DNA of 64,000 bases, taken from Callorhinchus milii. Lineage: Eukaryota. The stretch spans positions 45,076,001 through 45,140,000 of the forward strand of contig NW_024704742.1 of the NCBI RefSeq assembly GCF_018977255.1. Direction: 5' to 3'. Position 1 is the first letter of the stretch. Each line of letters starts with the position of its first letter. The notes beneath the pieces are model-generated. The model worked only from the letters and a program-made list of their open reading frames with translations, made no database searches and had not been told where the DNA came from. The position numbers and the translations under genes are program-made. Shown piece after piece: positions 26,783 to 39,519 of this stretch.

Positions 26783-29299
26783 TCAATGTTATTCATTGAA
26801 ATTCTTAACTAGATGCAAATTAAAAGCCAGAAACCATATTTATGAAATACCACAAATGTCCCCATATAGAATGTGAAGTATCGCATATCAGTAAATTAGA
26901 AACTTTTCACACTTCTTTTTTCTTTGTCTGCAAAATAAGAGAAGATTGACCTGAGTTCAAGTGACTCATTCTACTGTGAGTTCCATTGTCACATCTTCCT
27001 TTAATTGCAGCATCTTTACTACAATCTAAAATTAGAAGCCATCATTTCTTGCTGTTTACATTAGTAATTTTATTGTCAATCAGGCCCATGTTCATAACAA
27101 ATGTGTATTTAAAAGTGGAATATAAAGGTGCAATGAGACTGTCTTTCAAAAGGAATCATTAGATTAATTGTGCTGTTTAATGATATCAATTGAATGATAC
27201 TTGCTTTACATATATCAATTTTCTTTTAACATTGGTGCATTGCAGAATAATCCACAAAATGTAATAATCCCCGAAAATTATGAGAATTGGTGATTCATAT
27301 AAAAATTCAGAACAAATGTCTCTTCATGATTCATCAAAAGTTTAATCCAGAATAGCTGCAAAGTGTTTACATTTCTCAAATCTGAATGGGAAGGTGCTAA
27401 TGGAAAGTGCTAATAAGAAAGGGATTATTACATTAGAAAATAAATAAGACTTGAAACTTTAGTGAAATTGGCAAAATTGTGATCAAAATAAAAGGGAACA
27501 AAATTACATGCAGTCTTATTTGAATTATCTGTTTGTCTACACCCAGAATCGAATTTTGTGAAGTAAAATAGCAAATTTTAATATGAATTTTAGAATCTAA
27601 ATTTTAGAGTTATTAGTTCCATGTTATTTCACATTTTAATGGATGGCATTTTGTGTTCATTTCCTTCACTTGATTGAGGAATTGCTGTAACCATGCATTC
27701 ACGGGAGGGAATTGACAATGAAATGACTTAAACATGTGAATGTGGAAGGGTCAATATGGCTCATTATTGGCTTCAAAATGTAGCAAGACTGCAGTACTTC
27801 AGAAGGAGGGGCTGAGTTATGCTCCTGTGATTTGAAAGATGAATGGTATCCTCAAATCACTGTACCTGTATCTCAAAGCAGATGTCAATGCATGCCATTA
27901 ACTCAGTCAGCTCTATGCTTACAGCTTGTTTGCACAATAACATTGAAATCAGCTAACAAATAAATTGGGTGTATGTATAGTTCTAACTGAAATTGAATAT
28001 TCAAATTGAGTAAAACAATTCCTGTTACTTTGTGCATAGCACTGCATAACACCAGAACAATAATGAATAATAAATGAAGAGAATAATATGAATGTTAAGA
28101 TGTTTAAAAGGCTTGTAAATGTATAATATAAAAAAATGCAACATTATCCGATCATTAGATACTTTTATAGATTATAGATGGAATTAAATATAAGCAAGAG
28201 GTTTAAGTTACTACTGCACACAAAATGTTTTGATATTGAACTTGCTCGCAGTGCAATGCAGAGAAAAGTATTGTTGCAAACGTTTGCATCAATCAGCACT
28301 AGCTGCAAACTAATATTAATTACAGGAACACCGTGTGGAACTCTGAATGTAACACAAAATTAAAGGTAGAAATTAGTAATCGGTTTCATGTGGAAATTGA
28401 TAATATATAAGTATTCTCACTTTCTCCATTACTGGAGATACTCAATGTCTTCCTCGAAAAAATAATGAAAAACTGTAGTAACAGGTTAGACCGTGATATT
28501 AAACTAGAAGCATCAAAGTGATTGATTTAGGCTATGCAAATTGTTTAGGCTTGATCGACCTTTCGATTGAAAAACCCCACATATTCACAAAGCAACTTTA
28601 GACGATTTGTAAAGAATGGGGTCTGAAGAATAAGATTCTCTAGTATATATTGGATATCAAGCTGTATCAGTCAATGAAATATGCATTAAAGTATCATGGA
28701 ATGAATATGCTTCATGAGGGACAAGTTGTTGGTCAATGAGATTTTAATGGGAGGAACACATTTAACTGAGCTTTAGCCTACAATACTAGCAGGCAGAATT
28801 TGTTTTTGGGGGGAAGCGATATGTTATAATATTATTTATCGCTTCAATAGATTAATTTGCCAATCGGCACCTATAGTTCAGAGGTTTTAAAATTCTTATA
28901 GGCTTAAGCTTGAAATCACTGCAGTAAAATTTAAGATCATAGACAATTTTGGAAAATGCTTAAATTCATTCTTGAATTTGAAGTCAGAACTTTGATCACG
29001 TTCTTAAAAAATATGTAAAACTCGCTTGCAAATTAAAACTCAATTGAAGAATTTTCCAACACTTAATGTATGATCTATAATACTAAGGCCATGCATTTTT
29101 TTGGCATCAGCAGAAGTACTGACCTCAAAGTGTAATGAGAGCCAAGAACATATGAGTTACTAAATTGTTTATAACACTCATGAGACTCTCAGTGTTGGTA
29201 GAGTGAATCTAAATATTCTTCCTCTTGACTCTGGTATCATGCAATAATATATCATACAACTACACTACAGGGAATTATAGAGTTTCATTAATATGTCTA

Positions 29300-30166
29300 T
29301 TACAGACATAGACAGAATGGTAAAATGGGCAGACACATGGCAGATGAATTCTAATGTGGAGAAATGCGAGGTAATGCATTTTGGAAGAAAGAATGAGGGG
29401 AAGGCAATATAGGCGAGATAATACAATCTTAAGGGGGGTGAAAGAACAGAGAGACCTGGGGGTTCAGGTAAATGAATCCTTGAAGGTGGCAGGTCAGGTA
29501 GATAAAGCTGTAAAAATGGCATGTAGGATACTAGGTTTTATAAATAGGGGCATAGAGTACAAGAGTCAGGAGGTTATGATTAACCTATATAAAACACTGG
29601 TCAGGTCTCAGTCAGAATATTGCGCCCAGTTCTGGGCACCACACTATAGGAAGGATGTTAAGTCATTGGAAAGGGTGCAGAGGAGATTTACGAGGATGGA
29701 ACCAGGAATGAGGGACCTTGATTATGAGGAAAGGCTGGAGAGGCTGGGATTATTCTCATTGGAGCAGAGAAGGTTATGAGGAGACCTAATAGAGGTTTTC
29801 AAAATCATGAGGGGATTTGATAGGATAAAAGGGAAAAACTGTTTCCACTGGTGGATGTGTTGGTGACTTGAGGTCACATATTTAAAATAGTTTCTAAAAG
29901 AAGCAGAGGGAAGGTGAGAAGAAATGTTTTCACGCAGTGAGTTGTTCCAATCTGGAACGCATTGCCTGAAAGGGTGGTGGAGGCCATTTGGATGACAACT
30001 TTTAAAAACGCGGGACGGGTATTTGAGGAAGATGGGTTTGCAGGGTTATGGGGAAAGGGCTGGGGAGTGAGATTGACATTACATTGCTCTTTTCAAAGAA
30101 CCAGCACAGACTTGATGGGCCGAATGGCCTCTTTTTATGCTGTACGATTCTATGATTCTATGATTC
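29300..30166 (+). mobile_element. CR1-clade LINE 3' fragment
   Basis: WADTWQM..NVEKCEVMHFG, RDLGV, GIEYKS, LYKTLVR, LERVQRRFTRM and LFSLEQRRL motifs; (ATTCTATG)n tail. Confidence 0.95.
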
Positions 30167-30320
30167 ATTTCAGTTTCAGTATTAAGGATAACAATGCAAT
30201 TTTGATACAAAACAAGGTTAAAATAGAAAAGCAATGCTTATGTTTTACAACATATACAAAGTTGTGTTTGTATAAATTGCTACATGAATTTTCTAGTAGT
30301 CAAAGCTTAGTTCAGCATTC

Positions 30321-30730
30321 GGGTGTCAGTTTGGTTCAACTGGTAGCAAACGTGCCTCTGGATCAAACGTCAATGGGTTCAAGCCCCATATCAGGTCTTG
30401 AGATTCATAGATTAGGCTGAAATTCTGTTGCAATGCTTGGGAAACACTGCATGGTCAAAGGTTCCATCCTCCAGATCCGACATTAAATTGAGGACCTGTC
30501 TGTCTGTTTGGGGAGACGTTAAAGATCTCATGACATTATTTGAAAAGAGAAGGGAGTCACTTCCTGTGTCCTGGTCAACATTCCTGCAGAAAAAAAATAT
30601 TATTAAATTCAGGGCTGTTTGTGGAATATTGCTGTGCACAAATTAGCTGCTGTGTTCATCTACAAATATATTGTGACTGCAACTGCAGCTTTAAGACATT
30701 ATAGATGCTATAACAAATGAAAGGATTTTT
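30321..30730 (+). mobile_element. Family B SINE
   Basis: GGGTGTCAG...GGTTCAAGCCCCA head followed by the Deu-like body. Confidence 0.82.
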
Positions 30731-30944
30731 CTTCATTACATTTAAAGTGATAGGGAACCTTGATGTTCATGGAGATCAGTACAACCAACACCAGAGCTTC
30801 CGGTTTGTTATTGTTAATGAAATACCCAAACACAGCATCACACTGCTAGGTACAAACCAAAACCTCAGGGAGTAAGATAACAACACATTATTTGTGTATA
30901 AGAAAATCATATGCTCTTAATTGGTGACTTAGATTCTAAGTATG

Positions 30945-31800
30945 TAGAATTATAACATTTGCAGCACAAAGGGGGGTCATTCAGTCCATTTTGTCTGTAT
31001 GGTGCTATTTCCATCATTGGAACTTTTTATTCTCATTTTCTTTTATTCCCCACTATTTTTCTAAACCCTTTAATGCCATTACTTCTCAAATATACATATA
31101 AACCAATTCCATTTTAATTCCTGTTATAGATCCACCTTCAATAGCCATTCTGGTAAATCATTTCCACATTCCAATAAAGCTCTGTATTTCTGACCTTCCT
31201 CTTTTTCTAACTCTAATTATCAATTTATGCCTCTTGTTACTGACTTGCCAATCTGCAGAAATAATCTTTCTCTATTCATACCTTGAAAATCATTCATAAT
31301 TTTGAAAATCTAATTTCCAGCCAAAAAAAATAGCCTATTTGGGTTTGCTTAAATATTCGCAGATCATCAGGTCGCAAGAGAAAGACATAGATGAAGAAAA
31401 CCTTTTGGCTTTTCCTTCCAGAAAACCCCATCCCTCCCGCCTTTCCATTTCAGCATCAAACTATTTCTTAAATTAGTCGGTATTCCTGACTTTCAAACAC
31501 TCTTTCTGGTAACTTGTTCCAGATGTTAACTACCTGCTGTTCTAAAGTTGGCCCTAACAAACCTGAACCCATGGAATCTTATACTTCTGCCTTGTTGTAT
31601 ATGAAAATATTGTTCTGGATTTACCTTCTCTAGTAAATTGAAGAAAATGAGAATAAAAAGCTCCAATGATGGAAATAGCACCATACAGACAATTGAAACT
31701 ATAGAAGGTTTCCTTAGTTGTCAAGCTTGTTGGAAAGACAAATAGTAGAGGTGATAAGTTCAAGCTATGTAAAGATAAATCAAGTTGACAGGCTTTTCTA
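30945..31800 (-). mobile_element. Two old CR1 3' fragments (~30945-31320 and ~31390-31800)
   Basis: Reverse-orientation CR1 tail (CAGCACA..GG.CATTCAG) and degenerate ORF2 end. Confidence 0.65.
30991..31692. repeat. 52-bp inverted repeat (arms 30991-31042 and 31641-31692), 51/52 identical
   Basis: Direct base-by-base comparison of the two arms. Confidence 0.93.
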
Positions 31801-33231
31801 TAAATTATCACTAAGGATTTAGCATTGAAGTGGAGTCAAAAGCTCAAGTTCATAAAAATTTGACCAAAATCTGTACTCAACAGGACTCCTTTTAGAAAAG
31901 CCAGCACTATTCTGCCCAAAGCATTTTCTACTATGACAGTAATTGGCAATATGTGTTATTGAAGAATTCCTTCCAAGGATGAAACCCAACTGAACAAGTG
32001 AATTACATTTTGAATCAAATTGCTCAAACATAAGACTTAATTTTTGCTGGGAATTGAAGTCATAATTTAATATGAATGTTAGTCTTTATCCTTTTCAAAC
32101 ATGAGAGGTGGGATTTCCCCAAATTGCATAATGGTTAAGTGTCTACCTGGAATTGAGTAATTCAGATTGGGAGGGTCTCAAGTTCAATGCTTGATATGAG
32201 CTGTGATGGCTGTAGTGTTGTCTTTGGGATAAAGAAGAGATAATCAGGAAGATCTGAATTGCTTGATCCTCTGCAGCAATCTTTGACGGCTGAGCAGGTC
32301 TGCAGTACTGATGGAGGACCTGCCTTATTGTCAAGTCTTGGAAGAGCACATCAGTTGCTGGGGTATGGATTCACCTTACATGGTTCCAGGTAACTCTGCA
32401 AGCCAAAGCCATAAGAGATCCTAGTTGATAAAATAGTGGGAATCTTATCGGTGCTCTGAAATGATAGGCTAAACAGCTTTAGCTGTTAAAACTATAGCAG
32501 TACTCAATGCACACTCTGGGTTCTCAATCCATTTGCTTCTTCCTAACTGCACCTATTTTCTCCAAGATGAGGTAAGCAGTGTGCACTCTCTGGTGAGAGA
32601 GAGACAGAAATCATACACAAGTGGAACATTTAGTTGTTTGGTTTGGAGAGTTTAAAACATGGAGAAGGGTTTCAGAGTTATTATATACCCAGCTGATCAA
32701 AAAGTATGATTTCCTCTATTTCCTTCAAACAAGCAATGAAATTCTTTCTTACTTTCAGTTCTTAAGACACTTTTTCCATGTGTCCATAAATCTGATTGAC
32801 AGCTGATGACTTACTTTCAACTGCACCATTTTGAATCCTTCTTCATCATTTGATTTCTATGCCTCATGATCTTCTCTTGATGTAATTCGTACTCTTGCAT
32901 TCTCTCCATCACTTAAGGTGGCTCCAAGAAATTGAGTCTTTTTTTCAGACCAAAGACACATTTCACGTCAACTGGACTTTGTGATGAAAATCAACACCCA
33001 TTGTAAGTGAAGTAGCTTCAAATCATAAAAGTGCACTACATCCATTGGAGTGTACCATGATATCAGAACTAAACACAACTTGTTAATGTTAAACTGGTAA
33101 TGAAGTATTTTCAAATCATCTACTGAGGATTTAACTTGATCTGTTATCATTGCTGGTGTGTGTTTTGCACAGCTAATGCAATGACAACCCATTTGTGAAT
33201 GTCTCAAATAACTAGTGCTTATTACAAATTA

Positions 33232-33682
33232 TTAATAAGAATAATCCTTACATTTGGCATAGTACATTTTACATCAGGAGGATGTAGCAAAGTGCTTCAC
33301 ATGATATACTGTAAAGTGCATTAACTGTGTTTGGTGGGAGAACACGGCAGGCAATGTGCACACAGCAATATCCCACAAACAGCCACAAAATGAATGACAC
33401 ATTTATTTGGAAAGGTTATTGGACAGGAGCTGGGAGAATCTACCTTCTGTTTTCGAGTAGTGCCACTGAATCTTTAGCATTCACCTGAATATGCAGACAG
33501 GCCCTTGGTTTAACATCTCACCCAAAGAATGGCAACTCGAACCATGCAGCACCCTCCCCACACACCCCACCACTGCATTGGAAAGTCATCTTAGACTATG
33601 TGATTCCAAGTCCTTATATGGGGCTTGAACCCACAACCTTCTGACTCGGAGCAAAAGTGGTGCCAATTGAACCAGACTGAAA
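33232..33682 (-). mobile_element. Family B SINE
   Basis: Reverse complement matches head, body and tail. Confidence 0.82.
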
Positions 33683-34069
33683 CAGCTAATTAATCACTAA
33701 TGTTGCACAATGTTACCAAACATTTATAAATGGCTTAGAATTCTTCACTTATAGTGTTATCCAATATTAATTAATTTTGCAATTGACATAAAACATGTTA
33801 ATTATTCACAGCGATATTGCTACAGTGTTAAAAAAGTAAGTATTAACATTTTATAAGACTACAGATGTTCTGAACATTAAAGGTCTAGTTTACTGCAGAT
33901 GCTTACAATGAAGTGTTGCCATTGTGAATGTATTGCAAAACGTCACACAGATGTTTTGCATCTCTTGAGGTTTTGGGACTCTACTTTGTTTCCATCAGTG
34001 TTTATTTTATTTAATTGACGATTTCTCGCTCTCTTTCTCTCTATCCAGAGGGATGTATCCTGCTTACCA

Positions 34070-34480
34070 ATCTCAGTGAATACAAGAACCTCATTCTCAT
34101 TTTTAAATCACTCCACAATGTCACCCCACCTTATCTCTTTGACCTCCTTCAACCCTACCAATCCGACTGCTCCCCTCGCTCAATAAACACTAGACTGCTT
34201 CATGTCCTGCTCCTACCCACCCCACCATCAGAAGTGGCCTTTCAGTCATTTTCCCCCTGGTTTCTGGAACTCCATCCTGGATAGCCTCTGACTTTTTCCT
34301 CCCTCAATTCATTTAAGATCCACCTCAAAACATACCTCTTCGATCAAACTTTCGGTCATCTTTCTGCTCTCTAACCCCTTTGGCTTCCACCTAAAACTTC
34401 GGTTCCCAGCCAATGTGTTAAGGGCTTTGAGATATTCTTATGACATGAAAGGCGCTATATAAATGTATATGTTATTGTAT
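34070..34480 (+). mobile_element. L2 3' fragment
   Basis: YKNLILIFKSLH..TPPYL motif and tail. Confidence 0.8.
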
Positions 34481-35004
34481 TTATGTGTAGGTATGTGTAG
34501 ATAGGCAAGAGCAAAAGTTACTGGAGTTACCCAGCTAAACTTGCTTGGCCTACTATTGTAGTTCATTGAAATAAACATTCTCACTACCATAGCTGATGTT
34601 CCAAACAAGCATGGTCGCAAATCTGTAACTTGAATTTCAAACAGCAGGATTAACCTTGGTGTCTTTTGCCAACCAAGTAAGTAAATGCTTGTTATTCAAT
34701 CCATCACACAACTAAAGTGAATACAGTAACCTGTTATGTTTCATACAATAATCACACTGACCACACATTAAAAATAGATTCAAACATCAATGTGATCAAT
34801 GGTGTAAACTCATTGGAATTCCATTCAGAAATATACCATTTGTATAACTATTTTAAATTTACCATGTGGAGAAAGTGATAAGGAGCATGAGAGAAACTCC
34901 AGGTGTCTTCTCTAGAACCCACAAAGTGCTTTGAAAATATTCTGCATTGTTATTTTGTTGTAACTTCATGTGATTGTTACATCGTTTTTCTTCCAGTTTG
35001 GGAA

Positions 35005-35323
35005 AACAACAACAACAACAAGATTCCATTTATAGAGCGCCTTTCACGTCGGGAGGACGTCCCAAGGCGCTGTGCAGTTGGGTCAGGAACCGAGCAAGGG
35101 GGAAATGGTCAGGGTGAGGGGAGGGAAGGGAGGGAGCGAGGAGGGGGTAGAGAGTCGAGAGGGGAGGTGAAGGCACGGTCATAGAGAAAGGTCTTGAGAC
35201 CGGCCTTAAAGGAGGAAAGCGAGGAGGCGGTGAAGGCACCGGGGGATGGAGTTCCAGAGCCTAGGGGCTGAGAGGCTGAAAGCCCGGCTACCGACGGTAG
35301 GGCGGTTAGGGCGGGGGATGTGG
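35005..35323 (-). mobile_element. Young L2 3' fragment
   Basis: Near-identical 3' UTR and tail to 25639-25960. Confidence 0.92.
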
Positions 35324-36218
35324 TGCCCAAAACTGTTCGAAGAAGAATCATAGAACATTTACTATTTCCTGACATGTCAAATAGCATTGAATAAGACTAA
35401 CAAATTTAAGTTTGTAGCTGTGACCTTGATTACCTCAGGGGATGAATTTTAATGAAAATCTTGCAACCATTATTTCTATATTTATTAAATATAAATTTCA
35501 AGAGACTCAAGAATAAAGACAACTGCATGGATGAATAACCACTGAATTACTTTAGTGCCAGTAGCGCATTTCAAAATTGTTTCCGCCTTACCCAATGCTG
35601 TAGGAGTGAAATTCAGTGAATAAGCAAAAAGATCTCCAAATAGAAAATATGGTCAAAAGGAAAGATATTTTTGTGTTGTTCAAAAACCCAACTGCATTAG
35701 CTTCTGCTTTTACACAGCATGGCTAAAAGCCACTAATGTTCTTTGTATATGACTGGTTGCTATTGCTGTTCTCATTCAGCTATTTCTTTGCTTTGAAAGG
35801 ACCATATGTGCCTCCCCAGGCCCATTAACTGCTGACAGACTGTAGGACTAGAATGATTGAATGCTACATGGTTACTATCAAAATCACTACAATAACCTAA
35901 TCCAGCCCATGGGGGATTAGGGGTGGCAGACATGTGCTGAAACACGTACTGAATACTATAAAAACAAGTAATAGAGCAGTTTATAAGGCAATTTTCTGAC
36001 AATGTGAGACACCTGACAGATAGTGCCTGATACCAGTGAAGCCCTTCATTAGATTGTGGGTAGATTCTTCAGAAGCTAAATGGATGCAAGGTTGAATTAC
36101 GGGATCGGAGCCTATACCTTTTGAAATGACCATGGAAACCATTAAATTGCTCAGCTGATCTCAATGTTGGGTGGTTGTGCTGAGCCAGTGATTCTTTGTG
36201 TTGCTGTTGTAAGTTCCT

Positions 36219-36263
36219 TGTGATCACTTTCTGCTACTAACTGTATGTGATCACTTTCTGCTA
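36219..36263. repeat. 18-bp direct repeat, period 27
   Basis: TGTGATCACTTTCTGCTA occurs twice. Confidence 0.85.
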
Positions 36264-36394
36264 ACATTTGCATGCTCTGGGGAGAGATCACAGTAGCTGT
36301 TAGTAACACAGACATGAAGGGTTATTTTGCAAGTAGCACCTTATCAGATGAAAAAACCTCAAAATACTTCACAATTAATTATTATCAACATGTA

Positions 36395-36855
36395 CTTTGG
36401 TGCAGTTGGGAGCACTCATGCCTCTCGGCTATGAGTGTTTTGCCTACAAAATATACAGTCAATTCACTTTACAGTATATTCTGTGAAGCGCTTTGAGATG
36501 TCTCGAAGTTGTGATAAGACACTATATTAAATGGAAGGATTATTATTAGGCTAGTTTTTATGTTTTGGGATTCAACCCCGTGTCGAGACTTTGAGTTCCC
36601 AACCTAGGCTAAAGCTCCAGCACAGTACTGTGAAAACTGTATTGTATGAGATCCCATCCTTTAGTTAAGATGTTAAAACCAATTCATATAGGTGTTAAAG
36701 ATCCCACTTGAGCATAATTTCTTGACTTAAAAGAATGAAGCCAAGCTGACTCATAAAATTAAGTTTGCCTACAAAATACACATTCACTACACTTTACAAT
36801 AAATGCTTTGAGACATCCTCCTGACGTGTATATCAAACTGAAGGATTATTATTAT
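36395..36855 (+). mobile_element. Family B SINE interrupted by a SINE 3' end (~36430-36550)
   Basis: Head at 36395, then a complete SINE tail, then the body resumes at ~36565 (GATTCAACCCC...CTAGGCT). Confidence 0.6.
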
Positions 36856-37251
36856 AAGTGACATACAATTAGTAGTGTCACTACCCTTTTCCTTCTTCAC
36901 AAATGTGATCAAATATCACCTTGCTATTCTCCTATTGAGGTGGTGGCCTGAGGTACCCCATTTAATTCTGTTCGGAGTTTGAATCATGCTTCCATGTAGA
37001 CAAACCAAATTACTGTTTGAAAATCTTAACCTAATTCTAATGAATTGGATTCACACATCCAATAATGACTTTAATTGTTGTTTTCAACCTACTGACAGAA
37101 AATCATTGCCATTCTTTTAACCCGTTATTGGCATGTGTTCATTAACTTTGTTTCAGGTTGTGTACAGCAATGCAGTAATAAAAATATGCAAACATTATGT
37201 TTATAAAGTAATACAATTCTTTTTACAAAGTATTAATTATAAACTACTGAC

Positions 37252-38830
37252 ACAACAACAACAACAAAATTACATTTGTATAGCACCATTCATGTCAGGA
37301 GGATGTCCCAAAGTGCTGGACAATCAGTGTTTGGGATCCAAGCTGGGGGGCAGAATTGGGGAGGGTAGACGGCAGGAAGGGGGGGGGAAGGAGGATGGTT
37401 GAAGGCACAGTCTAAGGGGAGGGTCTTGAGACGAGTCTTGAAGGAGACATGGAAGGGGGCGAGGTGGAGAGACTGTGGGATGGAATTCCAGAGGGTGGGG
37501 GCAGAGTGGATGAAAGCCCACCCGCCAATGGTGGGGTGGGCGAGGCGGGGGAAGTGAAGCAGGCTGGAGCCCAATGAGCGGAGGCAGCAGGCAGGTTAGT
37601 AAGGGATTAGTAGGTTGCAGAGTTAGTGGGGAGTAAGCGCATGGAGGGCTTTGAAGGTGAGGACCAAGATCTTGAACTGTATCCTCTGTGTGATGGGAAG
37701 CCAATGGAGTCGGCCGAGGATGGGAGTTATATGGTTATGGAGCCCGGTGTGGGAGAGGACATGGGCTGCAGAATTCTGGATGATCTGCAGCCTATAGAGG
37801 GAGGAGTTGGGGAGGCCAACAAGCATGGAGTTTGCATAGTCGAGCCTGGATGTTATGAATGCGTGTGTGACAGTTTGGCAGCTTGTGGTGTGAGACAGTG
37901 GTGGGTTCTGGACTGGCTTAGTAAAGTGGAGTGTATCTCCTTGAATGGTGATGCTGTGAGTGCCTGAGTTGTGGAAATGCTGACTGGGGCCAGTCAGTAG
38001 GACCTTGGTCTTGTTGACATTCAACTGAAGAAAGCTAGCTCTCATCTAAGACTTGATGTCTGACAGACATTCTGTTAGGATAGCAGAGATCCTGGAGTCA
38101 AGGGTGGAGGCAGAGAGGTACAGTTAGGTGTCATTCACATACATGTGGAAGTTGACCTTGTGTTTGTGGATGATGTCACCAAGAGAAAGCATATAGATAT
38201 TGAAGAGGAGGGGACCAAGGTTCAGAGTCCTGAAGAACGCTGCACAAGACGGTGCGGGGACTGGAGGAGAAACTGTTTGTGGAGATGAAGTGGAGATGCT
38301 GTGAGAGGTAGAATCTGAAACATTCAGGACAGAACCATGAAGGTTGAGGTGAGATGGGGGCGGTGGAGGAGGATAGAGTGGTCAACTGTATCAAAGGCAA
38401 CAGAGAGGTCAATAAGGTTGAGGAGGCAGAAGGAGCCCTCGTCGCAGATGGACAAAATGTAATTTGTTACTTTGACCAAAGCTGTTTCTGTGCTGTTGGC
38501 ATCACGGAAACCCGATTGGAGGGGTTTGTGAAGGGAATGGCAGAGGAGGAAGTAACAAAGCTGTGAAGCAATGACTCATTCCCGTACCTTGGAAAGGAAA
38601 GTGAAGTTGGAGATGGGTTGGTAGTTTGAGAGCATGGATGGATTCAGGGAGGGTTTTTTAAGGATAGGGGTGATGACGGACTTTTTAAAGGGGTGGAAAT
38701 GGTGCCATTGGACAGGGAGAGGTGTATGATGTCTGTGAGTAGAGGGGCAAAGAGGTGGAGCTGGGAGATGAGGGTAGGGGTAGAAATGGGGTTGAGGCTG
38801 CAGGGATGGGGCTGAAGGGCACAAACATAT
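37252..38830 (-). mobile_element. L2 LINE 3' fragment
   Basis: LKKPSL...PISNF, FLQLNVNKT, ITSRLDYAN and LHWLPI motifs; tail appears as (CAA)n at the left end. Confidence 0.92.
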
Positions 38831-38908
38831 ACAAATAATCTTCAGTACATCTATGTATTTATAAAACTTGATTTCAGCTTTCCCACTTGTCCTCCCACTC
38901 TCCTCCCA

Positions 38909-39007
38909 CTGAGATGCTATCCTGATCTCTGAGATGCTATCCTGCATCTCAGAGATGCTAGCCTGCGTGGGGGGGGGGGGGCACTATATAAGTGCAAGTT
39001 GTTGTTG
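38909..39007 (+). repeat. Triplicated ~20-21 bp unit plus G13 run within an L2-type tail
   Basis: CTGAGATGCTATCCTG(C)ATCT about three times, then G13, then CACTATATAAGTGCAAGTTGTTGTTG. Confidence 0.8.
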
Positions 39008-39029
39008 TCGTTGCCTTCATTCCTACTAG

Positions 39030-39225
39030 GGTAGTAACATCTGGAACTCTCTCTCCCAAAAGGCAGTGGATGCTGGATCCATTCAAATTTTCAAGACTGA
39101 GGTGGATAGATTTTTTTTNAGGTCAAAGGCAGGTATTTGGAGGTACAGATCAGCCATAATCTAATAGAATGGCAGAACAAGCTCGAGGGGCTGAATGATC
39201 TACTCTTGTTCCTATCTTCCTACTC
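39030..39225 (+). mobile_element. CR1 3' end
   Basis: TGGAACTCTCT..CAAAAGGCAGTGGATGC..., GATCAGCCAT..., CTCGAGGGGCTGAATG. Contains one N at 39119. Confidence 0.8.
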
Positions 39226-39519
39226 TTTCAGGTTTTTTTACGCCTTAAAAACAATGATATCTCCAACAAAATGTGAAAAAACTAAATCATAAACTGACCT
39301 TTCAGGACTCCTGATTAGAGTTTATTTGTCATTCTTGGTCAATCTACATAAAACATTTAAATGTACCATTCTTTTCCCCACTCCCTGATATAAGAATAAT
39401 ATCTAATAATAATCCTTGCAATTTTACATAGTACCTTATCACATCAACAAGATGCCTCAAAGCGTTTTGCAGGATTTTCTGGATGTGAACTGACAATATG
39501 CACTAGGTATCTCTCTAGG

